Assembly: GCA_963794275.1 (NCBI GenBank)
Contig: CAWCCZ010000003.1
Location: forward strand, 1,224,667-1,288,666
Direction: 5' to 3'
DNA: 64,000 nucleotides
Source: an uncultured Solirubrobacteraceae bacterium
GTDB taxonomy: Bacteria > Actinomycetota > Thermoleophilia > Solirubrobacterales > Solirubrobacteraceae
The notes beneath the pieces were generated by a model. That model saw nothing but the letters and a program-made list of their open reading frames with translations. It searched no databases and was not told where the DNA came from. Positions 49,007-59,666 of this stretch are shown piece after piece; position 1 is the stretch's first letter, and each line of letters begins with the position of its first letter. The translations under genes were made by a program, and so were the position numbers.

Positions 49007-50193
49007 AGGAGCGGTCCCGCTCCGCGACGCCACGATTCGAAGGTCAGGTGCCGGCTCAGGTAGACGGCGGTCTCGCGCAGCACCGAAAGTATCGGCAGCG
49101 CGATCAGCGCACCCACGATCCCGTGCAGCTGCAGCCCCAGCAGCAGCGCGAAGATGACGAGCAGCGGATTGATGCGCAGCGTGTGGCCGAAGATCTGCGG
49201 CGCGACGATATGCCCCTCGAGCTGCTGCAGGCCGATGTAGAGCAGCGAGACCCATACGGCCGAGATCGGATCGCTGAAGAGTGCTATAAGGACGCCGGGG
49301 AGCGCGCCGAGGATCGGCCCGATGTAGGGGATCAGCTCCATCAGCGCGTAGAACACGCCGAGCGCGACAGCGTATTTGCGCCCGTCGGGGAAGATGCCGA
49401 GGACGCCGAATATGTACAGCCCGAGCGTGGCCGTCGCGCCCATGATCAGGCTGAACAGCAGCTGGCCGCCCACGTAGCGCGAGACGGCGTGCTGCACGAG
49501 CGTCGGATAGTCATCGGCCCGCGTGCCGTCGCCGTCGGGCATCCACTGGCGGGCCAGAGCGCCGATGCGCGGGCCGTACAGCAGCATGTACACGGACAGC
49601 ACGAAGACGAGTATCAGCCCGAATCCCGCGCTGACCGCTTCCGCGAGCACACCACCGCCGAAGCTCACGACCGAGCTGGCGCCTTTGCCGACCTTTTCTC
49701 CCAGCGTCTGCAGGGCGGTGTGGCCCTGCTTGATGAAGTGGACGTGCAGGCCGCTGTGGTTGAGCGAGCTCTGCAGTTTGGAGAGCGACTTGTTCGCTTC
49801 CTTGACGAGGTGGGGTAGTTCATGGGCGAACGATTCGACCTGGTTGGATATAGGGTTGGCGAGCAGGATGCCGATTCCGCTCACAAGGACGAAGAATGCG
49901 AGATAGACCGCAAACACCGCCAGCCCACGGGGTAAGCGCCGCCGTTGCAGGAATGACACCGCAGGGTTGAGGATCAGGGCGATCAGCGCGGCGACTATGA
50001 AGATGACGAGGACTTTCCCGGCGGCTTTGGCAAGCGCGTACAACGCGAGCGCGGCCAGCGGCAGCCCGACCAGCTGCACCCAGCGTGGGACAACGGCGCG
50101 CTCTGGCTCGCGGGGGGCGGTCTCGGAGTCGGTGAGCTTTAGCTCCTCCTCCTGGGCCGAGGCCGCGGGCGCATTCTCGGAGACCTCTGTCAC
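49003..50193 (-). CDS. AI-2E family transporter
   Basis: Motifs IPYIGP, QQLEGH..P and GIVGALIALP. Confidence 0.9.
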   Translation of the reverse strand: MTEVSENAPAASAQEEELKLTDSETAPREPERAVVPRWVQLVGLPLAALALYALAKAAGKVLVIFIVAALIALILNPAVSFLQRRRLPRGLAVFAVYLAFFVLVSGIGILLANPISNQVESFAHELPHLVKEANKSLSKLQSSLNHSGLHVHFIKQGHTALQTLGEKVGKGASSVVSFGGGVLAEAVSAGFGLILVFVLSVYMLLYGPRIGALARQWMPDGDGTRADDYPTLVQHAVSRYVGGQLLFSLIMGATATLGLYIFGVLGIFPDGRKYAVALGVFYALMELIPYIGPILGALPGVLIALFSDPISAVWVSLLYIGLQQLEGHIVAPQIFGHTLRINPLLVIFALLLGLQLHGIVGALIALPILSVLRETAVYLSRHLTFESWRRGAGPLL

Positions 50194-50216
50194 TGCCGTC
50201 CCACCACGGCCAGAGT

Positions 50217-51036
50217 ATGGCTGAGCCCGAGGCGCACACAGCCTCGATCCTGTTCGTGGGCGACGTCGTAGGCAGCATTGGGCGTCTCACGCTGATGGAC
50301 TGCCTGCCGGTGCTGCGCGAGCGCTACGCGCCGACGTTCGTCGTCGTCAACGGCGAGAACGCCGCGGGAGGGCTCGGGATCACGCCGAAGATCGCCGACC
50401 AGCTGTTCGCGGCCGGCGTCGACGTGATCACTCTGGGCAACCACACCTACCACAGGCGCGAGATCTACCCTTATCTCGATAACGAGCCGCGCATCCTGCG
50501 TCCGATCAACTTTCTGCGCAGCCAGCCCGGGCGCGGGCTGTGCATCGTCGAGCACGAGGGCGTGCGCCTCGGCGTGATCAACGTGAGCGGAAACCTGTAC
50601 CTCAAAGCAGGCCGCTCGGCGTTCACCGAGGTCGAGGCGGCACTCGGCGAGCTCGCCGAGGCCGACCAGATCCTCGTCGACATGCACGCCGAGGCGACCT
50701 CGGAGAAGGTTGCGATGGGGTGGCATGCTCGACGGCAGGGCGACGGCCGTGGTGGGCACGCACACACACGTGCCTACGGCGGACGCGCGCGTGCTGCCGA
50801 AGGGCACCGCCTATATCACCGACGTCGGCATGACCGGTCCGCGCGGCGGCGTGATCGGCGTCAAGCGCGACCAGGCGATCGAGGCGCTGCGCTCGCACAT
50901 GCCGATCCGCTTCGAAACCTCCGAGGAGGACCCGTGGCTGATGGGCGTGCTCGTCAGCTGCTCAGCACCGCGGCGGGCCGACTCGATAGAGCAGGTGCTG
51001 ATGCCGCGTCCCGATCGCGCCGCGACGGCTCGCTGA
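50217..51036 (+). CDS. YmdB-like metallophosphoesterase, frameshift at ~50730
   Basis: Motifs GDVVG, NGEN, TLGNH, DMHAEATSEK, GTHTH and TDVGMTGP. Confidence 0.9.
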
Positions 51037-52789
51037 AGCGCGCGAGCAGCGCGATCATGACGAGCGGGAAGAACCAGGGGATGTACAGGTAGAACCAGTA
51101 TTCGGCGCCGAGCTGCACGGCGATGAGGACCGCGGCGCATGCCGCCGCCAGCACCCCGAGGTCTCGATCCAGCGGCGCCAGCGCCAGCGCCAGCGCGAGC
51201 ACTACCGCGCCGAGCTCGACCGCGAGCTCAGCCGCCGACAGGCCCCCGTAAAGGCCCCACACCGAGAATGGCGCGGCGCGGTTTGCCTGGTATTCGACCG
51301 TGCGCGCGAAGATCTCGTGCAGCGAGTCGTGGCTCAAAGCGGGTGCCATCGCAAGCGCCGCCGCGCCGAGAAAGCCGACCACGAACACTGCCAGCGCGAG
51401 CGGCCGCCGGCGCGCAGGCGTGTCGCGCAGCCCGTAGGCTGCGAGCAACGGCGCGAGCGCGAGGGGCGCGAACTTGGTGAGCCCCGCGAGCGCCGCGAAC
51501 ACGCCGCGGGCACCCGTCGCAAAGCTCGAGCGGTAGCTTGCGGCGAGCAGCGCGGCGAGCACGAGCACGGCGACGAGCGTGTCGTTGGAGTTGCTCTCGA
51601 GCGCAAACAGCGTGAACGGGTAGGACACCCACGCGTACGCCAGCGCTACCCCGAGCGTGGGGCCGCGCATGCGGCGTCCGAGCAGGAACAGCAGCGCCAG
51701 TGCGAGCACGTCGAAGGCGATCGCGGCGGCGTGCGCGGCCGGCAGGTCGTCCCACGACCCGCTCCAGCCGAAGGCCTGCTGGAAGGGCACGTATGCCTCG
51801 TAGTTGAACGGCCCATAGGTATCGCCGTGTTCGTTGTTCGATGGGTAGCCGCCATACAGCGGCTTGCCCTCGACGACTCGCTGCGCCCCGATCACGCCCG
51901 CGTAGCCCACGTCGATGACGTTCGAGTCGGTGACGTTCAGTGCGATGCGGAAGCCCAGCAGGAAGATCACGCCGAGGGCGAGCCATGGCATCGGCACGAG
52001 CAGGCGCAGGGGCCGCGCGGCGTGTGCTGGGTCTCTTCGCCTGCGGCGCGCGAGCGCGAGCATGCGCGCAAGCAGATAGAGCATCGGCGGGTAGACGAGC
52101 GGCACCGATGCGTAGATCTGCGCGTGATTGAAGAAAGCGAGCGAGACCGAGAACGACAGCAGCACGAGCAGGTCGAGGTGCAGCAGCGACAGCGGCCTGC
52201 GGAAGTTGAAGAAGGGCAGGAAGAAGAGCACGCACATCGGCAGCCACACGTAAAGAGCGTCGACGTGGCGCCCGAACGCGCCGGGGTAGCCCCGGGCCAT
52301 CGCCCAGGCGAACCTGAAAGCCGGTCCACTGTTCGAGCACGCGGCCGGAGAGAGTCGTCGATGATGACCTGCCCGATCTCCTGTCTTGCCGTCGCGCGAG
52401 AAGAAGCTCACCTGCCAGCGGAACGGACCCTTCAGGTAGGCCCCGCCGTAGGAGCCGCGATATTGCGCGCGCGCGGCGCGCATCTTGGGAAGCGCCGAGG
52501 CGATCGCGAGCACCCGGTTCGCCGACAGCCGGCGTCCGCTCGGCGGCGTGTTCGACTGCGGGACCGGGATCGGCGAGTCGGGTTTGGCAGCGGCGCTCTG
52601 GACCGCGCTCATCGTGGTCGTCTGCGCGCTCGAGGAGCGCGTGGAGGCGCCGGAGGCGATCGGCGCGAGGAGCCCGGACGAGCCCGCGCCCCTCACCCCG
52701 CTCGCCGAGGACGCTGCCGCCGGGCTGGCGTACGCGAGCAGGCGAGGAGCGCGCAGCGCTGCGAGGGTAACGGGGGCGAGTGCGCGCAT
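50954..52789 (-). CDS. GT-C membrane glycosyltransferase (GT87-like), compensating frameshifts at ~52310-52390
   Basis: Multi-TM; motifs IDVGY, TYGP, SNSND, TKFAP and YLYIPW. Confidence 0.7.
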   Translation of the reverse strand: MRALAPVTLAALRAPRLLAYASPAAASSASGVRGAGSSGLLAPIASGASTRSSSAQTTTMSAVQSAAAKPDSPIPVPQSNTPPSGRRLSANRVLAIASALPKMRAARAQYRGSYGGAYLKGPFRWQVSFFSRDGKTGDRAGHHRRLSPAACSNSGPAFRFAWAMARGYPGAFGRHVDALYVWLPMCVLFFLPFFNFRRPLSLLHLDLLVLLSFSVSLAFFNHAQIYASVPLVYPPMLYLLARMLALARRRRRDPAHAARPLRLLVPMPWLALGVIFLLGFRIALNVTDSNVIDVGYAGVIGAQRVVEGKPLYGGYPSNNEHGDTYGPFNYEAYVPFQQAFGWSGSWDDLPAAHAAAIAFDVLALALLFLLGRRMRGPTLGVALAYAWVSYPFTLFALESNSNDTLVAVLVLAALLAASYRSSFATGARGVFAALAGLTKFAPLALAPLLAAYGLRDTPARRRPLALAVFVVGFLGAAALAMAPALSHDSLHEIFARTVEYQANRAAPFSVWGLYGGLSAAELAVELGAVVLALALALAPLDRDLGVLAAACAAVLIAVQLGAEYWFYLYIPWFFPLVMIALLARFSEPSRRDRDAASAPALSSRPAAVLSS

Positions 52790-52819
52790 CGAGCCGAGGG
52801 TACGGCCTCGCGTGGGCCC

Positions 52820-54332
52820 GAGCGCCGGAAGTGCTCGAGCACGAGCGGCGCGACGTCGCGGATCGTCCACTGCGCGGGCTCGCGGATCGGCAGCGCGACG
52901 CCGGTGAGGATGAGCGCGCCGAGCGAGTCGCAGGCGTGCAGCGAGCCGTGGCTGCCGCCGCCGACATGCGCCTGGCGGCCCCAATCGATGAACTCGTAGC
53001 CGGGGGCGGCGGAGAGCAGCACCTCGCCGGAGGTGGGGCAGAGTGAGCGCCGACCACACGCGCGCGAGCGCGTCGGGGTAGTCCGGGCTGAGCAGGCGGC
53101 CGTCCTCGATCGCTCGCCGTCGAGCACCGCGAGCGTCGCCCTCGACGCTCCAGGCGCACGCCGCGCGCGTCGCGCAGCGCGCCGCCGGGCGCGAAGCGCA
53201 GCTCGCCGTGCAGCGGGCTCGCGATGACCGCCCTCGCGGGGAGCGTCGTGCGCGTCGCGCTCGAGCCACATGACGAGGTCGACGCCCCTCGATCGCGAGC
53301 GCGCGCGCGACGACGGAGGCGCGCATCGCGTCGCGCTCGGACTCGTGCAGCGCATAGACCATCGCCGCGCGCTGCGACGGGCAGACGGCGATCCGCGGCT
53401 CCTCGCGAGCGCGGAGCGCCGCGGCGCGCGAGCGGTCCGAGCACGCCGAGCTCGGCGAGCTCGTCCTGCAGCGCGATCGTGCCCGCGATCGGGAGCCTGG
53501 GAATGGTCGGCCATCACGATCACGGCGTGCTCGGCGAGGAACTCATCGACGCCGCCGGCCGCGTCCATCACGCGGGCGAGCTGCAGGTCGGCCTGGGCGA
53601 GCGACTGCACCTGCGCCGTCGGGGCCGTGCTTGTGCGAGTACCAGTCGTTGTCGGGCAGCGACAGCAGCAGGAAGTCGAACAGGTCGTGCTCGACCAGGT
53701 AGGCCGAGACGCAGCCGGAGTGGCGGTCGCGCACGCCCGGCATGCCCAGGCCGGAGCGGCAGCCGGTGCGCCGCGAGGCGAAGATGTCGGCGTAGAACAG
53801 CTCGCGCGGGCCCATCACCGGGTGGCGCATGAGCGCGGAGGCGACGCGCGTCAGCGCCGTGTCGCGCTGGGGCTCGTGCCGGTGGCGACCGCGGTACATC
53901 AGGTAGGTCGTGCCGGCGGTGCGCACGCTCGGCGTCGTCGAGCGTCTCGAACACCGTCAGCGTGTCCGGCGGAGAGGTGCGCGCGGTTCATGTTGTAGAC
54001 CGTGTCGGTCAGCTGGCGGGCGATCCCGAAGCGCTGCGCGGCGCGGAAGCTCGAGCCGTACTCGACGTAGCGGTGCTCGCTCGCGGTGGAACCAGTTCAT
54101 CGCGGGGATGCGATGTGCGTCCTGGGCCACGCCGGTGACGATCGAGGCGGCGCACACGGGCGTCACGGAGGGGAACGCGGCCACGCAGTCGGGCACGTAG
54201 CGGCCGCGCTGCGATCAGCTGCTCGAGCATCGGCGCGACGCCGGCCGCGATCGCGCGCTCGAGCATCGCGGGCGCCATCGCGTCGATCACGCAGAGGACG
54301 AGCTTGGGCGGCATCGAGCTCACGGCGGCCAT
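52820..54332 (-). CDS. Alkaline phosphatase superfamily (nucleotide pyrophosphatase-like) protein, multiply frameshifted
   Basis: Motifs LVLCVIDA, FPSVTP, PDND..SHKHG, MADH and GSHGSL across several frames. Confidence 0.7.
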
Positions 54333-54339
54333 CGGCGAG

Positions 54340-54959
54340 GATGCGCAGGCCCGCGTACTTCTCGCCGGCGCGCGCGCGCCTGCGCCAGCAGAACCAGGCG
54401 AGCAGCGCGAGCGCGACGTAGCCGAGCGGGTGCAGCAGCGCGACGAGCGCGGCGAGCACGAGCGAGGCGGCGTCGAGGTAGACCGTCAGCGCCTCCCGCG
54501 CGCCGCGGTCGGGCAGGCGCGCGCGCGCGCCCGCGATCACCGGTCCGACGGCGCGCTGCGGCGAGCGCAGCCGCGGCCAGCGCCGCCGAGCAGCCCCGGC
54601 CACCAGGCGTCGCCGTGCGCGGCGAGCGTGCCGGCGAACAGCAGCGCGCCGGCGCCGTAGCCGAGCCCGCGAGCGCTGCCGCGAGGGGACCGACGGCCTC
54701 GCGCGCTCAGCTGCCGGGTCGAAGCGTCGGCGCGAGCCCGAGCAGCAGCTGCAGCGCGTAGGCGAGCACGAGCGCGAGCGCCACGGCCAGCAGCCACCAG
54801 CCGGACTGCAGGAAGTGGAAGTGGCCGGCGGGGAAGCGCACGCCGAGGGCGCCGGCGGAGCCGAGCGCGCCGGCGAGCAGCACGCGGCAGGAACGGCCGC
54901 AGGCCGCACGCCGCGGCGAGGCCGGCGCCGAGACCGATGTAGAAGAAGATGCCGTTCAT
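54340..54959 (-). CDS. Hypothetical membrane protein (DUF4126-like), frameshifted
   Basis: GLGAGLAAACGLRPFLP N-terminus; EKYAGLRIL C-terminus. Confidence 0.55.
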
Positions 54960-55097
54960 TGTGGCGCGCGTGCGGGGTGCGCTACCGTGCAGGTGCGCGA
55001 GCTGCGATCGGCCAGGACGATAGACGACCGCCCAGGCGGCCTCGGCCCGCGCGGCGAGGTTCGGCGCGGCCGCGGCGAATAGCGAGGCGAAGGACAT

Positions 55098-56581
55098 ATG
55101 GAGCGATCGACCAGCGGAGCAGGCGACGGACGCGGGACGCGGCCGACCGCGCACGAGCTGGCGCGCTACGAGGCGCTGTTCGCGGCGCGCACGCGCGGGA
55201 TGAAGAGCTCGGCGATGCGCGAGATGATGGCGCTCACCGAGCGCCCCGACGTGATCTCGCTGGCGGGCGGCCTGCCGGACACGAGCACGTTCGCGCCGGA
55301 GCTGTACGCCAAGCTGATGTCCGAGGTGGCCGCCGAGTCGACGGCGCGCGCGCTGCAGTACGGCCCCACCGAAGGGATGGCCGCGACGGTGCGCTGCATC
55401 GTCGAGGTGATGGCGGCCGAGGGCACGGCGGTGGACCCCGCCGAGGTGATCGTCACGACCGGCGGCCAGCAGGTGATCGACCTCGTGTGCAAGACGCTGA
55501 TCGACCCCGGCGACGTGATCGTCGCGGAGGCGCCCACCTACCCGGGCGCGGTGCCCACGTTCAGCGCCTACCAGGCCGACGTGGAGCAGATCGAGATGGA
55601 CGGCGACGGCATGCCGATCGACGCGCTGGAGAGCACGCTCGACCGCCTCGCAGCCGGAGGGACGCAGGCCGAAGTTCATCTACACGATCCCCAACTTCCA
55701 GAACCCGGCGGGGTGACGATGTCGCTGCCGCGCCGGCGCCGGCTGGTCGAGGTGGCGCGCGAGCGCGAGCTGCTCGTGCTCGAGGACAACCCCTACGGGC
55801 TGCTGCGCTACGAGGGCGAGCCGCTGCCGACGCTGTACTCGCTGGACGCTCAGGCGGTCGGGCGCGGTGGGGCCTCGGACCTCGTGATCTACCTCGGCAC
55901 GTTCTCGAAGATCCTCTCGCCGGGGCTGCGGCTCGGCTGGGCGGTGGCGCCGAGGCCGGTGCTCGAGAAGCTCAACCTCGGCAAACAGGGAGCCGACCTG
56001 TGCTCCTCGCCGGTCACGCAGATGTTCGTGGCGGCCTACTTCGACGAGACGGGCGCCCGCGGCGGGCGCCGCTGGCTCGAGTACGTCGAGGGCCAGCGGG
56101 AGCTCTACCGGCGCCGGCGCGACGCGATGCTCGAGGCGCTTGCGGAGCACTTCGGCGAGGCGGGCGCGCTGGACGAAGCCGCAGGGCGGCCTGTTCATCT
56201 GGGCGACGCTCGACGAGCGCATCGACACGACCGACCTGCTCGCGCTCGCGCGCAAGCGAGGGCGTGGCGTTCGTGCCCGGCCGCGCCGCCTACGTGGACG
56301 GCCGCAGCGGCTCCTCCTCGATGCGCCTGAACTTCGCCGGCGTCCCCGACGAGGAAATTCGCGAGGGCATGAGGCGGATCGGCAGATGCGGTGCGCGAGC
56401 AGCTCGGCCTGCTCGGGCTCGCTCACCGGCCGAGCCCCGGCGCCGAGCAGGCACGCGGCGCCGGCGCCGCGGCTGCGGAGGAGCCTGCGGCGGGAGCGTC
56501 CGAGGGTGCGCGTCTCGCGGACGTCGTGGCGCTGCCGCGCCGGCAGACGCCGCCGGCGCGTCGGCAGCAGGCGATCGATGA
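55098..56581 (+). CDS. PLP-dependent class I/II aminotransferase (LysN-like), frameshifted
   Basis: Motifs ISLAGGLP, LQYG, EDNPY, GTFSKILSPGLRLGW and MRLNF. Confidence 0.85.
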
Positions 56582-57562
56582 GCTGTCGTCGAGAAGGTGG
56601 CCGTCCTGAAGGGCGGCCGCTCGCTGGAGCGCGACGTCTCGCTGCGCTCCGGCGCACACGTGCAGGAAGCGCTGCAGCGCACTCGGCCATGAGGTGATCG
56701 CGCTCGACGCCGGCCGAGAGCTCCTTGCCGATCTGCTGACGGCGGCAGCCCGAAGCGGCTTTCATCGCGCTGCACGGGCGCGACGGCGAGGACGGGACCG
56801 TGCAGGGGCTGCTGGAGGCGGTCGGCATCCCCTATACGGGCTCGGGTCCGGCGGCGTGCATGCGCTGCACCGACAAGGTGCTTGCCAAGCACCTGATGCG
56901 CGAGGCGGCCATACCCACGCCGGACTTTCACTTCCTTCGCGAGGCATCGATCAAGGAGCTCGGCGCAGCCGCGGCGATCGCCGGCGGTGGAGCAGGCGCT
57001 CGGCTTTCCGCTGGTGGTCAAGCCGGCGGTCGGCGGATCCGCCCTCGGCGTGAAGTTCGCGCGCAGCAGCGAGCAGCTGCCAGCGGCGCTGGTCGGCGGG
57101 TTCTCCTATGACGGCACGGTGCTCGTGGAGCGCTATGTCAAGGGACGCGACCTGGCTGTGTCGATTCTCGACGGCGAGAGCGAGACGACGGGCGGACCCC
57201 CGACGGCACGACCAGTTGCACTGCCCATCGTCGAGGCCGTGCCGCGCGAAGAGGAGTTCTACGACTACGAGTCGCGCTATGAGATCGGCATGACGACGTT
57301 CGTGTGCCCGGCCGAGCTCTCGGCGCAGACGACCGAGCGCGCCCAGCAGCTCGCGCTCGAGGTCTATGAGCTGCTCGGCTGCCGCGGCTTTGCGCGGATC
57401 GACCTGATGCTCGAGCAGCCGAGCGATGAGCTGTGGGTGCTCGAGGCGAACGTCGTCCCGGGCCTGACCGAGACGAGCCTGCTGCCGCAGGCGGCGGACG
57501 CGGCGGGAATCGCCTTCGAGGATCTCGTCGAGCGGATCCTCTCGAGCGCGCACGGGCGCTGA
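56578..57562 (+). CDS. ddl: D-alanine--D-alanine ligase, frameshifted
   Basis: Motifs GGRSLERDVSLRSG, ALHGRDGEDG, DKVLAK, FYDYESRY, RIDL and EANVVPGLT. Confidence 0.85.
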
Positions 57563-57569
57563 GCGCTCC

Positions 57570-58061
57570 TCAGGAGTCGCCGGCGGCGAAGTCCTCGGGC
57601 GAGACCTGGTCGAGGAACTCCTTGAACTTCTCGACGACGTCCTCTGACTCCTCGACGTCATGCTCGAACTCGATCGCCGACTCGGAGATGACCTCCTCGG
57701 CGGCGAAGATCGGCGCGCCGGAGCGCACCGCCAGCGCGATCGCGTCGCTTGGGCGGCTGTCGATCTCGAGCTCGCGCCCGGCGACGCTGAGCGTGATCGA
57801 CGCGAAGAACGTGTTCTCGCGCAGCTCGGTGACAGACACCTGCGTGCACTTGACGTCGAGCTCGCCGAGGATGTCGCACAGCAAATCGTGCGTCATCGGG
57901 CGCGGCGTTCCCGCGCCCTGCAGCTTCATCAGGATCGAGGCGGCCTCGGGATGCCCGATCCAGATCGGCAAGAACTTGTTTCCGTCAACGGTCTTCAGAA
58001 GCACGATCGGCTGCTTGCCAACCATGTCGAAGCTGACGCCGTAGATCACCATCTCCTGCAC
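57570..58061 (-). CDS. Bifunctional nuclease family (DUF151)
   Basis: Motifs LPIWIG, RPMTHDL and DSRPSDAIALA. Confidence 0.92.
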   Translation of the reverse strand: MQEMVIYGVSFDMVGKQPIVLLKTVDGNKFLPIWIGHPEAASILMKLQGAGTPRPMTHDLLCDILGELDVKCTQVSVTELRENTFFASITLSVAGRELEIDSRPSDAIALAVRSGAPIFAAEEVISESAIEFEHDVEESEDVVEKFKEFLDQVSPEDFAAGDS

Positions 58062-58148
58062 AAGGGTCCTCCGAGAGGGGGGGCAAGCAGAGTATAGGTA
58101 GCGGCTAAGGCGCCAACAGCCAGCGACGCCAAGCGCGGCGGCGGGCGC

Positions 58149-58604
58149 TCAGGAGCTCGCGCGGAAGCTCCAGAGCTTGTTGCCGAGGAAGTTCAGCGGC
58201 GTGGAGGCGGCGACCGCGAGCGCCTGTGCGGGAACCTTGGCGAGCCCTGCGCTCTCGACGAAGATCGTCAGCAGCAGGAGGCTGAAGCCGAACGCCACGA
58301 GGCTCACCACGAGAAAGCGCATCGCCTGGAAGTGGACGCGGTCACGGGCGCGCGCGTCGAAGGTCCAGTGGCGGTTGAGCACGAAGTTGTTGGCCACGGC
58401 GACGAGCCAGGCGAACACGGCCGCCATGTGGTAGTCGAGCCCGAGCGCGTGCACGCAGATCGCATAGATGCCGATGTTGACCGCGAACCCGACGGCTCCC
58501 ACGAGCGAGAAGCGCACCAGCTCGAACCAGTTGGCCGGTGTGCGGATCCCGTGCAGAAGGCGTCCATGCGCCCGCGGCTCGATGAGGGTGGCCTCGTCGT
58601 GCAC
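58149..58604 (-). CDS. GtrA family protein
   Basis: Motifs RFSLVG, NFVLNRHWTF and NFLGNKLWSF. Confidence 0.9.
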   Translation of the reverse strand: MHDEATLIEPRAHGRLLHGIRTPANWFELVRFSLVGAVGFAVNIGIYAICVHALGLDYHMAAVFAWLVAVANNFVLNRHWTFDARARDRVHFQAMRFLVVSLVAFGFSLLLLTIFVESAGLAKVPAQALAVAASTPLNFLGNKLWSFRASS

Positions 58605-58658
58605 GCGGCATAGGTTAGCGGCAGGCCTGGCGTACGCCCGGCGCTAGCCTTCTTTGAG

Positions 58659-59456
58659 ATGTGGCCCAATCGCAAGCTGTTCGCCGCGCTGTGCTGCGCG
58701 GGCGCAGCGCTCGCGGGATGCGGTTCGAGCGGCGGGGCCGGCTCGGCCACGCGCGCGGCCGACCAAAGCCCGGGAGCAGCAGCGCGGTCCGCCGCCTCGC
58801 CGGACCCGGCGCCCACGCGCGCCCGTGGTCACACGGTGGAGGTGGCCGACCCGCAGGAAGCCTCGAGCTTCCCGGCGCCCGCGACCGTCCATCACGCGGC
58901 GGCCTCGACCCCGGCGAAAGCGGGCGAACTGGCCATCGCCGCCGGAGCCCAGTCGAACGCGGAAGTGGAAGCGGAGCTCAAGCAGATGCGCGCGGTCGAA
59001 CGCAGCGCCAGAGAGAGCCAGCAGAAGCGATTCACGCCGGTGCCGGGCGGGAGCTCGATCGGCGGGAACGGCACGATCCCGATACCGGCGAACGTTCCCG
59101 AAACGATCCAGCGGGTCGTCGCGGGAGCGAACGCGATAGCCGACTTCCCCTACGTGTTCGGCGGCGGCCACGCGTCGTTCGTCGACAGCGCGTATGACTG
59201 CTCGGGGTCGGTCAGCTACGCCCTCGCCGCCGGCGGGCTGCTCGGAGCACCTGAGACATCCGGCGAACTCGAGCACTGGGGGGCGGCCGGGCCTGGCCGC
59301 TACATCACCGTGTACGCAAACGCCGGCCACACCTACATGTACGTGGACGGCATGCTGTACGACACCGCCGGCCGAAGCGGCGTGTTCGCGTCACGCTGGC
59401 TGCTCGGCGCGGTCGACAATTCCGGGTTCGTGGCACGCCACTGGCCGGGCCTTTAG
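58659..59456 (+). CDS. Lipoprotein with NlpC/P60-like peptidase domain
   Basis: Lipobox LAGC; motifs PYVFGG, YDCSG and GHTY. Confidence 0.8.
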   Translation: MWPNRKLFAALCCAGAALAGCGSSGGAGSATRAADQSPGAAARSAASPDPAPTRARGHTVEVADPQEASSFPAPATVHHAAASTPAKAGELAIAAGAQSNAEVEAELKQMRAVERSARESQQKRFTPVPGGSSIGGNGTIPIPANVPETIQRVVAGANAIADFPYVFGGGHASFVDSAYDCSGSVSYALAAGGLLGAPETSGELEHWGAAGPGRYITVYANAGHTYMYVDGMLYDTAGRSGVFASRWLLGAVDNSGFVARHWPGL

Positions 59457-59488
59457 GAGGGCGTGCGACGATGGCGGCCCTAGCGCAC

Positions 59489-59662
59489 ATGGCCACAGCG
59501 ATCCTCGCACTCGACGGCGAATCGGTCGACGCTAACAACACCGCCCTCGGCGTCATCTCGGTGGTGTCGATCGTGTTCGGCTGGCTGCTGATCTTCGCGC
59601 TGTGGCACTTCGTGTTCCGCGAGAAGGCGCGCACGAAACGCAGGAAGGGCGATTCCGAGTGA
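59489..59662 (+). CDS. Small single-TM protein
   Basis: One hydrophobic helix and a basic tail. Confidence 0.45.
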   Translation: MATAILALDGESVDANNTALGVISVVSIVFGWLLIFALWHFVFREKARTKRRKGDSE

Positions 59663-59666
59663 GCGC

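Noticed and set aside
50700-57000. Dense frameshifts suggesting a pseudogene cluster or programmed frameshifting
   Set aside because: The indels hit normally essential or conserved genes (ddl, ymdB, the aminotransferase), some compensate each other, and motifs are intact. This is most consistent with low-coverage long-read errors. The same caution applies to the frameshifts in array cargo.
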